Assembly (NCBI GenBank): GCA_002269645.1
Contig: NIVC01000031.1
Location: 558,001 to 622,000, forward strand
DNA length: 64,000 nt
Direction: 5' to 3'
DNA from: Macrostomum lignano
Lineage: Eukaryota
Made by a program: the position numbers and the translations under genes. The notes beneath the pieces were generated by a model. It saw only the letters and a program-made list of their open reading frames with translations. It ran no database searches and was not told the DNA's origin. Positions within the stretch are counted from its first letter, which is position 1, and every line of letters starts with the position of its first letter. Shown here in pieces: positions 1 through 11,300 of this stretch.

Positions 1-452
1 GGAGCTGCGGCAGATAGCGGAGCTGTTGCAGGAGCTGCGGCAGATAGCGGAGCTGTTGCAGGAGCTGCGGCAGATAGCGGAGCTGTTGCAGGAGCTGCGG
101 CAGATAGCGGAGCTGTTGCAGGAGCTGCGGCAGATAGCGGAGCTGTTGCAGGAGCTGCGGCAGATAGCGGAGCTGTTGCAGGAGCTGCGGCAGATAGCGG
201 AGCTGTTACAGGAGCGGCGGCAGATAGCAGATTTACTCGTATCCCAAAAATATTCGCCTTTAAAATTGCATACAGTGTTTGAAAAAATCAATTGTGGAGT
301 TTTAGATGCTTGAATCAATTTTGCTTAAGCCAGTGGCGTTTGCCGTACATGCCGTTCAATCTTTTTGTACATAAGGCCAAGCATAATTCTCAAATGGTAG
401 ATTTATCGCTTGGTTTCAAGTGCGTTAAGTCCTGTCACGAGTGCGCATAGCC
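1..452. repeat. Left arm of a long inverted repeat: 30-bp minisatellite (GGAGCTGCGGCAGATAGCGGAGCTGTTGCA, ~7 units, cut by window edge) plus ~230 bp unique sequence
   Basis: 1-452 is the reverse complement of sequence starting at 2185 (e.g. GTGCGCATAGCC ending at 452 vs GGCTATGCGCAC starting at 2185). One difference seen: A208 vs G expected from C2429. Confidence 0.95.
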
Positions 453-1810
453 TCCTCGCCTGTGTGGAGTTTTATTAGCCATTGATGAGGCTCCATGACC
501 AGTAGCGCACTTGATCCAGTAATCTTTACGCACGAATTAAGGAATCTTAAAAACGAATAACCAATTAAGGAATTTATTTGCGAAGCTGTTTTCTGATTTA
601 GACAAGCGTATAGACATTTAGAGGAATTGGAACTTACCATACTGCTAAGGAAAGGGAAAACAGCTTGTCTGCATGGAGTTCTCACAGGAAGCTGGAGTTT
701 TACCATAAGACTATAAGAGATATACATGTAAAGAGACGAAGAGTGGGGACTAAAATTTTGAGTTGGTCCCGGAAGAAGAGGTGACGAGAAGGACGACAAG
801 AGCTGAAAATGTCTCGAACCACTACAGATCGACTAAGGCTTTAGACTGGCATGGAGTGACGGCGCTGGTTGATGAGCACTGGCTGTCTCCGGCGATTTTT
901 TGACGAAGATCACAGGCAAACAATTCAAATAGACTTTTGGATTACCGGAGATTGATGGAGCTGGCTAAGAAGAAGCTGTACTGGTGGAGTTGACAAGAAT
1001 ATTTGCGCTCAGTAACTCGAGAAGACCAGCTGAATTGAAGGGACAAAGCGAGAAGATCGTTCTTTATTTGGGCCTCTTTTGGAAGCTTGCTTCTGCGCAC
1101 ATACAGCCATGACCTGACCTGAAGGACCTGACAAGATGTAAGAAAGGTCTACTAGCTACATTTAGATGCCGGCGTCAAATTTCTCTACATAACAGCACCA
1201 ACGGAACCTTGTTCCAGATAATGACCTGTGCCCCAACATTCTCAATGAGTGCCAGTCCAATCGCGTCTCCACCGAAGGAATTGCCAATCTGAGATAACGC
1301 TACACTCCCGTAGCTATCGTATCACGCGATATATCCTCAATGACCACTGCTGGAACCCTGGGTGAGCTCCACTGCTACCACTGACGGTTCAAAGCAGTCA
1401 ATCAACACCGGCTTTGATGTTGGGATCTTTCTGAACGGGAGGGTTTCGCAACCAACGCTCAGTACACTGAGGTCAACTCCAGTGTTTTCCAAAATGAATT
1501 AGTTCTCGCCATCAGCTCCTGCACTGCAGAGCTTCTCGCCACTGGCGTAACCGGTAAGAGCATAACCGAAACCGGCCTTGTAGACTTGGCATGGCATCTG
1601 TGGCTGCAGCGTCAATTCTAAAACATTCCTTGACATGTTGGGTTCCACCAACGAATTTACTCTTCACTGGGTTCCGGGGCATGTGCAGGAGCGGTGGAAG
1701 ATAGCAAAGCTGTTGCAAGGAGCCAGCGGTGGTAGATAGTGGAGCATGGCCGGCAGGGCGGGAGCGAAGAGTAGAAGTGGCAGGCTGCAGAAGCTTTTTG
1801 TTGTTTTGCA
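453..1810 (-). pseudogene. Possible heavily decayed coding sequence in the inverted-repeat spacer (LINE ORF2-like or unknown)
   Basis: Minus-strand frames give codon-biased stretches such as QVYKAGFGYALTGYASGEKLC...GSVALSQIGNSFGGDAIGLALIENVGAQVIIW, and a C-terminal stretch RLCALVTGLNALETKR*IYHLRIMLGLMYKKI that loosely resembles LINE RT C-termini. Stop density is close to random, so the identity is uncertain. Confidence 0.25.
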
Positions 1811-2015
1811 TGGCTGCTAAACATGTAAATGCTGAAGTTAATTATGATAAATTGAGTACATGTGCGTGTGAGATGTGCTTTTTATTAGCCATAAACGGTA
1901 TACAGTATGTACAGTACAGCTACATTAGCATACATATATATTGTAGTTCAATAACATTTTGACTCAAACGAGTCCGGCGTTCGAGTCACGACGATGTGCC
2001 ATTTTTTTAATTTAT

Positions 2016-2177
2016 TTAGTCTCCAGACCACAAGTCCTCAAGGATACGGTACAGCTGATCAAGGGAAGCTGGCTGCTGCCTCTGGATGTCCCACTCGACC
2101 CAGTTCCATATATTCTATATCGGATTGAGGTCTCGTGACTGTGCTGGCCAGTCCATGGTGCGAATGTTGTTCTCAGC
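2016..2177 (-). mobile_element. Tc1-family transposase C-terminal fragment
   Basis: Minus strand reads AENNIRTMDWPAQSRDLNPI*NIWNWVEWDIQRQQPASLDQLYRILEDLW, matching the Tc1 motif WPAQSPDLNPIENIW. The catalytic Glu position is TAG. Confidence 0.8.
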
Positions 2178-2184
2178 TATGCTC

Positions 2185-3410
2185 GGCTATGCGCACTCGT
2201 GACAGGACTTAACGCACTTGAAACCAAGCGATAAATCTACCATTTGAGAATTATGCTTGGCCTTATGTACAAAAAGATTGAACGGCATGTACGGCAAACG
2301 CCACTGGCTTAAGCAAAATTGATTCAAGCATCTAAAACTCCACAATTGATTTTTTCAAACACTGTATGCAATTTTAAAGGCGAATATTTTTGGGATACGA
2401 GTAAATCTGCTATCTGCCGCCGCTCCTGCAACAGCTCCGCTATCTGCCGCAGCTCCTGCAACAGCTCCGCTATCTGCCGCAGCTCCTGCAACAGCTCCGC
2501 TATCTGCCGCAGCTCCTGCAACAGCTCCGCTATCTGCCGCAGCTCCTGCAACAGCTCCGCTATCTGCCGCAGCTCCTGCAACAGCTCCGCTATCTGCCGC
2601 AGCTCCTGCAACAGCTCCGCTATCTGCCGCAGCTCCTGCAACAGCTCCGCTTTCTGCCGCAGCTCCTGCAACAGCTCCGCTATCTGCCGCAGCTCCTGCA
2701 ACAGCTCCGCTATCTGCCGCAGCTCCTGCAACAGCTCCGCTATCTGCCGCAGCTCCTGCAACAGCTCCGCTATCTGCCGCAGCTCCTGCAACAGCTCCGC
2801 TATCTGCCGCAGCTCCTGCAACAGCTCCGCTATCTGCCGCAGCTCCTGCAACAGCTCCGCTATCTGCCGCAGCTCCTGCAACAGCTCCGCTATCTGCCGC
2901 AGCTCCTGCAACAGCTCCGCTATCTGCCGCAGCTCCTGCAACAGCTCCGCTATCTGCCGCAGCTCCTGCAACAGCTCCGCTATCTGCCGCAGCTCCTGCA
3001 ACAGCTCCGCTATCTGCCGCAGCTCCTGCAACAGCTCCGCTATCTGCCGCAGCTCCTGCAACAGCTCCGCTATCTGCCGCAGCTCCTGCAACAGCTCCGC
3101 TATCTGCCGCAGCTCCTGCAACAGCTCCGCTATCTGCCGCAGCTCCTGCAACAGCTCCGCTATCTGCCGCAGCTCCTGCAACAGCTCCGCTATCTGCCGC
3201 AGCTCCTGCAACAGCTCCGCTATCTGCCGCAGCTCCTGCAACAGCTCCGCTATCTGCCGCAGCTCCTGCAACAGCTCCGCTATCTGCCGCAGCTCCTGCA
3301 ACAGCTCCGCTATCTGCCGCAGCTCCTGCAACAGCTCCGCTATCTGCCGCAGCTCCTGCAACAGCTCCGCTATCTGCCGCAGCTCCTGCAACAGCTCCGC
3401 TATCCACCGC
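2185..3410. repeat. Right arm of the inverted repeat with ~33 near-identical 30-bp units (2408-3410)
   Basis: Unit TATCTGCCGCAGCTCCTGCAACAGCTCCGC; one variant unit at ~2652; degenerate last unit near 3400. Confidence 0.95.
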
Positions 3411-3959
3411 CGCTCTTTGCAACAGCAGCGCCCCCTACCAGAATTATAGGATGAAAGGAACGCATGAAAGGAAATTTACCAATTCATGCGATCTGTTGCA
3501 CGCTGTACACCAACAAAATAATGGTCAAACACAGCGTTCAGCTCAAAGAGTGAAATACAGTTATCAACAAATCATTCTCTTGGATTGGAACCAGTATTGC
3601 TTTTGACGATGTAAAGGAGACTTGCGCCAATCCAAATTTTAAAAAGTTGAAGTTGAAAAAGTGACAGATTGAAAATTGCTGTATTCCATTAAATCAAGGA
3701 CTTTTGTGTAAGTGCCAGATCTACATTTCCTTGATTCTATCCGTGATCCGAAGATCAAATACTAAGTTTGCTGCTAGCTCAATCTGCTCTCGTTTCCATA
3801 TACTCGTAGTTCGCTTGAGGACTGAGGAGCATACTCGTATGGATCAGTGAGGAGTCTAGCTAGTCTCGTTTAGATCATCAAAAGCAATGCAGTATAGCAA
3901 TACAATGTATTTCAAAGGATTATTATGCTAGTAGCATTCAACAAAAGATTGGTTTAGGC

Positions 3960-4075
3960 GCCTGCGTCACGCAATGTAAAATTATTGGCGCAATGCTACG
4001 TCAGTGCATGCGGAAGTACTATATAGTTTTAATACAGCACAGCGGAAGTTCCTAAATAATGACATCGGAAATTGA
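3960..4075. promoter_or_regulatory. Possible housekeeping-type promoter motif cluster
   Basis: TGCGTCACGCA near-palindrome (~3963), TACGTCA (~3997) and two CGGAAGT ETS-like sites (~4010, ~4044) in otherwise AT-rich DNA. No linked transcript identified. Confidence 0.25.
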
Positions 4076-4299
4076 ATTTTTCGATAATATTACACACAAT
4101 AAATAGCACTAACACCGATCAGTAAAAGTAAAGCACAAGAAAAATGCACGGAATTAAAAATAAATTTGTTTTCCTGGTTGGTTCGGAATTAAATCAGTGA
4201 AACAGTAAGAAGTATAAGATTTTTTAATCGCGAGTACGAGATATGCACCATCACAGTTTGCAGCTGGGCAAATTATTCTGAAGAGAAAACAACAAGGCA

Positions 4300-4890
4300 A
4301 GGTTGAGTTAAGAGTAACAGTTCACAATGGGAGGCAGTGTCAGATCAGTTCTTTCAGTGCTAACTCTCTGAAAGCGACAACAGCGTGCGCCTGGCCGATC
4401 ACCCAGCGTCATCCAGCAGGCAATTCGCGTAGCGACCCGCCCGGCCGTAATCCCGGCGCCAGGGGCCCTGCATCGTGAGCAGCAGGACGTCCTGCACTGG
4501 TTCAATGGTTGAGAACAGTAGGCCTCCACGCGGATGGTGTGGCCCACCAGCTGAAGTCTTCGCCTGCGGAAGGTCTCGCTGGGTAGTCGCAGCGAGGGTG
4601 CAACGAGGTAGAGCTGCTGCACAACCGTCGGGCGTCCCAGCAGGTGATTTTGATAGGCAGCTCCGCGGGTACAGTCATCACCTCGTCTTCTCGGTGTTGA
4701 TGCCCGACCGATGCCGCAGCTGCCACCAGGCTGTCTAGCATGCGCTGGGGCTCCCTCAGCCGTAGAGGCGGGCAGCGCCAGGTCGTCGGCGTAACCCAGG
4801 AGTGACAGCCGCTTCTCCGATTGGCGGCTGTTTGTTCGGTAGGAAGTAGAAAGCCGTACTCATCCTGTTGGCAGGGCCCTCCGTAGCATT
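4300..4890 (-). mobile_element. 5'-truncated, frameshifted RTE-clade non-LTR retrotransposon (RT 3' part)
   Basis: Minus strand encodes LGYADDLALPASTAEGAQRMLDSLVAAAASVG (YADD motif at ~4782-4793) and the RTE-type C-terminal motif RRRRLQLVGHTIR, in different frames. Confidence 0.85.
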
Positions 4891-5029
4891 GTCTCCATTG
4901 CTTGGTTTGCTATTGTTAGGTTTTGCCTTGGCCTTATCTTTTTCTCCCCATCGAGGAGATTCAGAAGAGAGGAAGGAGAAATATTCGTTTTACTTCTAAA
5001 ACGGATAATTAAATTTAATTAACAAAGCT

Positions 5030-7300
5030 ACGAAAAAAGGGTGAGGCTGAAAAGGAGAATAGGGTGGGGACTGCAGGGGCGAAGGGTGGGCCAGTAGGGG
5101 CGAAGATGTTCATGCTGGGGGAGGAGAGGGTGAGGCTGGAGGGGAGGAGAGGCTGAGCACTTGAGGGGAGGAGAGGCTGAGCACTCGAGGGGAGGAGAGG
5201 TTGGGGTTGGGGAAAGAAGGCGGTGGTGCTGGAAGGAAGGATGGGGCTAAAGGGTAAGAGGGTGGGGCTAGAGGGTAGAAGAGGATGGAAGCTGGAGGGG
5301 AGCGTGGGGCAGTAGGGGAAGAGGGCGGGGCTTGAGGGAAGGAGAGTCGGGCTGGAGGGAAGGAGGGTGGGGCTGGAGGGAAGGAGAGTGGGGCTGGAGG
5401 GAAGGAGAGTGGGGCTAGAGGAAAGGAGAGCAGGGCTGGAGGGAAGGAGGGTGTGGCTGGAGGGAAGGAGGGTAGGGCTAGAGGGAGGGAGGGTGGGGCT
5501 GGAGCTAAGGCGAGTGGGGCTGGAGGGAAAGGGGGTAGGGTTAGAGGGAAGGATGGGGTGGAAGGGTAAGAGGGTGGGGCTAGAGGGTGGAAGAGGATGG
5601 AAGCTGGAGGGGAGCGTGGGCAGTAGAGGAAGAGGGCGGGGCTTGAGGGAAGGAGAGTGGGGCTGGAGGGAAGGAGTGTCGGGCTGGAGGGAAGGAGGGT
5701 GGGGCTGGAGGGAAGGAGAGTGGGCTGGAGGGAAGGAGGGTAGGGCTAGAGGGAAGGAGGGTGGGCTAGAGGGAAGGCGAGTGGGGCTGGAGGGAAGGAG
5801 GGTAGGGCTAGAAGGAGGGAGGGTGGGTCCTGGAGGGAGGAGAGGGTGGAAGCTGGAAGGGAGGGTGGAAAGTCGAGGAGGAGGGCAGGGCTAGAGGGAA
5901 GGAGGGTGGGGATGGAGGGAAGGAGAGTGGGGCTGGAGGGAAGGAGGGTAGGGCTGGAGGGAAAGGGGGTAGGGTTAGAGGGAAGGATGGGGCTGAAGGG
6001 TAAGAGGGTGGGGCTAGAGGGTAGAAGAGGATGGAAGCTGGAGGGGAGCGTGGGGCAGTAGGGGAAGAGGGCAGGGCTTGAGGGAAGGAGAGTCGGGCTG
6101 GAGGGAAGGAGGGTGGGGCTGGAGGGAAGGAGAGTGGGGCTGGAGGGAAGGAGAGTGGGGCTGGAGGAAAGGAGGGTAGGGCTAGAGGGAAGGAGGGTGG
6201 GCTAGAGGGAAGGCGAGTGGGGCTGGAGGGAAGGAGGGTAGGGCTAGAAGGAGGGAGGGTGGGTCCTGGAGGGAGGAGAGGGTGGAAGCTGGAAGGGAGG
6301 GTGGAAAGTCGAGGAGGAGGGCAGGGCTAGAGGGAAGGAGGGTGGGGATGGAGGGAAGGAGAGTGGGGCTGGAGGGAAGGAGGGTAGGGCTGGAGGGAAA
6401 GGGGGTAGGGTTAGAGGGAAGGATGGGGCTGAAGGGTAAGAGGGTGGGGCTAGAGGGTAGAAGAGGATGGAAGCTGGAGGGGAGCGTGGGGCAGTAGGGG
6501 AAGAGGGCAGGGCTTGAGGGAAGGAGAGTCGGGCTGGAGGGAAGGAGGGTGGGGCTGGAGGGAAGGAGAGTGGGGCTGGAGGGAAGGAGAGTGGGGCTGG
6601 AGGAAAGGAGGGTAGGGCTAGAGGGAAGGAGGGTGGGCTAGAGGGAAGGAGGGTGGGCTAGAGGGAAGGAGGGTGGGGCTAGAGGGTAGGAGGGTGGTGC
6701 TGCAGAGAAGGAGGGTAGGGCTGGAGGGAAAGGGGGTAGGGTTAGAGGGAAGGATAGGGCTGAAGGGTTGGGCTAGAGGATAGAAGATGGAAGCTGGAGG
6801 GGAATGCGGGGTAGTAGGGGGAAAAGGTAGGGCTAGAAGGAAAGCAGGGTAGCAGGGAGGGAGGATAGGGCTGGAGGGAAGGAGGGTAGTGTTGCAGGGA
6901 GGGAGGGTAGGGCTGGAGAGAAGGAGGGTGGTGGTGCAGGGAAGGAGGGTAGGGCTTGAAAGGGAGGAGGGTGAGGCTAGAAAGAAGGATAAGACTGGAA
7001 GGTAGGATGAGACTAGAGTGGAGGAGGATAGGGCTGGAAAGAAAAAAAGATGGGGCTAGAGGTTCAAAGAGGTTTAGGTGGGGCTGGAGGAAGAGGTGAG
7101 GCTAGGAGGGTTAGGCTGGAGAGGAGAAGAGAGTAAGGGCTAGAAATGAGGAAAGTAAGAACTAGAAAAGAGAAGGTATGTAGTGAAGAGGAGAGAATAA
7201 GGATTCAAGGGGAAGACATGATGGGGCTAAAATAAAGAAAAGAGTAATATTGGAAGGAAGAGGAGGTAAATTTTTCAAAAAGAAAATAGGTCTAGAAAGA
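5030..7300. repeat. Purine-rich minisatellite (core ~21 bp GGGGCTGGAGGGAAGGAGAGT) with ~436-bp higher-order duplication; decays to A-rich at the right end
   Basis: Almost C/T-free top strand; identical blocks start at 5846 and 6282; many GGG/GGGG runs (G-quadruplex potential). Confidence 0.9.
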
Positions 7301-8191
7301 AGAACAGGATATAGATAGAGGTTAGAGAGGAAGAAAAGGTCATGACTACTAGATAGATATCATGACTTACTTTATAATGGTAGTAAATAACTAGTTGCTA
7401 GTCTATGGTTTATGGCTTTAAGTTTATAATCTAATTTCTAAAATATTTTTTAATTTTGTGGAGAAATCTTATGCATCAAAATATTTAAAAAATGTGCATA
7501 ATATTTCAATATAGAATGTGCTCTATATTATCTTGTTTTATATTTCCATTTTTGATGCTTATAAAACAGAATTTATAATATTTGTTAGAAAAAATTAATA
7601 TAAATATTATAATACTTCCATTCCTATAGCCTTAGTAAATTGTATAAAATATAAGCTAATTAAATTAAATCAAAGAAGGACCAAATTAACTTTACATCCA
7701 AGAAAGAAAAAAGATGCTTATTAATACTATTATTAAGTCAAAAGAACATTTTAATAATATAACATAAAGGTAAAGGCTAGGCCTTATAACACAAAAGAAA
7801 AGAAAATATTTTAGATTTAGGGCTACTAGTCAATAGAAGAAAATAATCAGTGAAACAGTAGGCTTTGTATTACTAAATGCAAAATTACTAGGCCTAGCTG
7901 CCTAGGTAGTTTTAAATTTAATCTATTGCCATTGACATTGGTAGAACAGTAGGTCCTAAATAAATCTGTAACAAAATGGCAATAGTAGTAAAATTTAATA
8001 TTTAGGTCGAACAGCATAGCATAGGCCTAGCCGATTAGACCAAGAATAAGATAGCTAGGTAAGATGCGCAACTTCCTAGACTAGAACTAGCTACATTGGT
8101 CACTAGCCCTTTAAATTTTTGCTAATCCTGACGCAGGCTAATTATTTTAATAGCTAGCTAGAATGGAATTTGAATTATACAGTTTACCAAC

Positions 8192-8377
8192 ATCACCCGT
8201 GACAACTTCTACACGCGAGTACACGGAAGCCTTAAAATGCATAAAAATATGGGTACAAATACCTATCGACGGGTATTATCTGCCTTTAAGGAAAATGCTC
8301 TCAAGGAAAAGGCTAAAAAAAAGGTTAAGGCTCTTGTGAAGAGGTATTTTTGAGCCTTACGTTGTGTCACGGGTGAT
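8192..8377. mobile_element. Small element with 13-bp terminal inverted repeats (MITE-like)
   Basis: ATCACCCGTGACA at 8192-8204 and TGTCACGGGTGAT at 8365-8377. It lies at the start of a CpG-containing island (to ~8560) within CpG-poor DNA; no clean TSD. Confidence 0.4.
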
Positions 8378-11300
8378 ACATCTTACTAATACATTTTCGT
8401 ACACAAAACATGTATTGACCGCTTCTGAAGCCGAAAAAAACGTGTCCTATTCTGCTACGTGTTTGTGACACGGCTGGCAGTTATCCACTTATCACCAGAG
8501 GCGAGAATCATTACTTAATCCAAATCTACCTTCGGATTATGAACGAAAAACCGTTCGGAAAAGACAGACAATTTATTAAAAAATATCTAAGCAAGCAAAA
8601 GAAATACTCTTTATAGTTTACAAAGGTTATATTTTCTGTTGTTATGTAGTAACGTTATTTTTTCTTAGAATACAGCACAATACATTCGTGCAGGTACAAT
8701 AATTCAAATTTAGAATTAACCTAAATTCTGCAAGTCTCCAAACTAAACTAATTGAACCCCTTTTGAACTTTTCAGAGTCCGATAAGCTCACAAAGTTTTT
8801 GCAAGAGTTCACAGAGTTCTACATAGGGTAGTAGTGTGTTATCCAGTAGAGGATATTGCCGAAATGCTAATAGGGGAAAGCTGTGCCTGTGTGCCACATG
8901 AACTCCTGCAGGTACATTTCGAACAAATTGTCGCTGGTTCCGTGCATAGCTTGAAACTTTGCTTTGCAGTTGCCCCACATTCCTTTTACAGTATTCGTGT
9001 ATTAACTTCAGCAGCAGGGACAATAGATTGTGGCGCTGGAGGCCTGGAGGTCAGCCAGCCATACTGATACTGGCAGTAGCTTCATTTTATAGGGCCTAAT
9101 GCCCTATGTGCATTTCATTAACTTAACTTTAAAAAACCACATGATCTAGCCTAGGATAATCTTTTTTTACTTTCATATAATTCTACTATTAATGTGTTTG
9201 GTGAAAGTTTTATGCCTTTAGGAAATATTTAGGGCCTAGGCCTAGTGCTAAATTGGCTATCTAAGGTAATTTAGCTCTAGGCCTAGCACTTAAAATTTTG
9301 TTTTTAAGTACTAGAGAACTAGACTTATCAATATCTTAGGTTTATATTCTAAGCCATAAAACCCATATGAGAACAAAATGACAATGGGAAATGTTAGAAG
9401 TATACATTTTTATATTGATACAATGATAGGCCTAGGCTATTTTTTATAAAAAATAAACATTTTTAATGGTTAGGCTATCTATTTATTGGGTTTTATTTAA
9501 TTAAAATTTTAAAAATAAAGTTTTATTGTAATCAAAATTGTAAAAGCAATTATTGTTTTCTAGGAAACCTTATTTAAAAAATTACTTGAAAATTAGGGCC
9601 CATGTTTTGTTTTAGGCCCCTAATTTGCAAAAAATCCTAATATTCTACATTTGTTATAAATATATACAGTCAAGGTGGTATAAATAAGAGCAAAGTTTGA
9701 AATTGGAGGTAAGAAGACCAACTCATGCACTCGTATAATACTTGTGTTCACTTGTTTAATAGAATATAAATGAATTTAGTTCTCAGATTGTTGTTCATTT
9801 CTAAGAGTCTTGTAAAGTAGTATTGAAAGTCAGAAGTGGGAATTCATGCAAAAAGAATACTCGTTTAAAGTATTTAAAAGAATAAGTTTAAAGACTTACT
9901 AAAAGTAAGTCGCATTTCTGGTCAAAAAGTAAGTCGCATGGCCAGTGTAAATCAAGGGGGTTGCGCATGTATGCCATACATGCCCAACACCTGTATGACC
10001 TATCCAAATTAGATATGTAAAATGGCTGCTAGCCAAGGTAAGTCACAAAATTGAAAATATAAAAAAATAAAAAATTGGGGGAAGAAAGAAAGGAGAGGAA
10101 GACAAAGGAAAAGAAAGGAGGGAGAAAAGAAAGAGAGGAAAAAAGAGAATGAAAGAAAGAGAAAAAAGAAAAAACAAGAAAAGTCATATACAAAGTGAAA
10201 ATTAAGTTGCAATTGAAAGGAACTAAGTATTAAGTCACAATTGGGAGGAACTAAGTTGCAAATCTAGACAAAACTAAATCGCACTGGACAAGAGAAAATT
10301 TTGAGGTTGGGCATTTATGAATGAGACACAGACTGCAAAATATAGGGAGCTCTTCTGGCTACTAAGTTAGTTAGGCTCATAGGGAGGTTAGCTGTGGTTG
10401 TAACAGTGGTCTAGTTAATGCTATCTCTTAGAATGCCAATATGCAGAAATGAAGCTACTACAAAAAACTTTAAATAAACAAGAATTTGCTGACTGTTGTA
10501 CTAAGAGTAGTAGGTTGCTATTTCTACCACAATAATTCATAGAGAAATGCTCTAAAGTTAAAATTTACTCAGATCTACCTTAGAACTTCTCTTGAGTAAG
10601 ACCACCAAGGGTCAAATGAATGTTTCCAAGGTCATAAAAGTTTAAGACACCATTTAACACACAATTTAACTGCTTTGTAATTTATTGCAACACTAAACTA
10701 GATAGTTATTACTATTTAAATGGCTAAAGATGTAAACAAGAAATAGTTATTAGCATGGAGCAAATTAATTTGATGGCTAAGTGGGAAAGTAGCTAGTTGG
10801 GTCTGAAAAATTGGGCTTACACTTAGGATCCACTTAAATATTTGAACTTGGAGTCTAGGAAGGAGGTGAGCTCAATTGAGAGTCTAGTGGGAAAAAGGGG
10901 TGCAGACTCTTAAATATGCTCTCATAAGCTATCAGAAAGAAAAGGGTCACCCCAGGTAGGAGAGAGGGTTACATGTAATAAGCTAGAATAGGTACACTGG
11001 GTAGAAATAATTAACACTAGGTATACCTTATTTAAAACAATAATGCAAGAAATATTCAATAATTGGCATTGATAAATATATTTTTGTAGCGCCGCTATAT
11101 AGCGTTTCCGCTATCAAATTCAAAAAAGTTTGTGCCACTATGTAGTAGCCACTATTTTAGTTTCAAAGTTAATAAATTTAGTGCCAGTAAATATGAAATT
11201 CACAAAATTTAAAATTTCCTAAAAACATGAAAAAAAAGATTCATTTTACTGTTTCTTTTCTTTAGTTTAAGCAGTGTGAATATTAGGAAGATTTTACTTT

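Noticed and set aside
26-3449. Long ORFs of (QELRQIAELL)n, (SSCNSSAICR)n and (GAVAGAAADS)n
   Set aside because: They are translations of a perfect 30-bp minisatellite, open in several frames on both strands with no synonymous variation.
5367-6497. GLEGRRV-repeat ORFs
   Set aside because: By-product of the purine-rich array.
8834-9067. 77-aa ORF MCYPVEDIAEML...
   Set aside because: Starts at GTG, has no recognisable motif, and has weaker codon bias than the overlapping stop-containing frame.
10305-10480. Resemblance of WAFMNETQTAKYRELF to MULE transposase
   Set aside because: Too short and degenerate; catalytic motifs could not be located.
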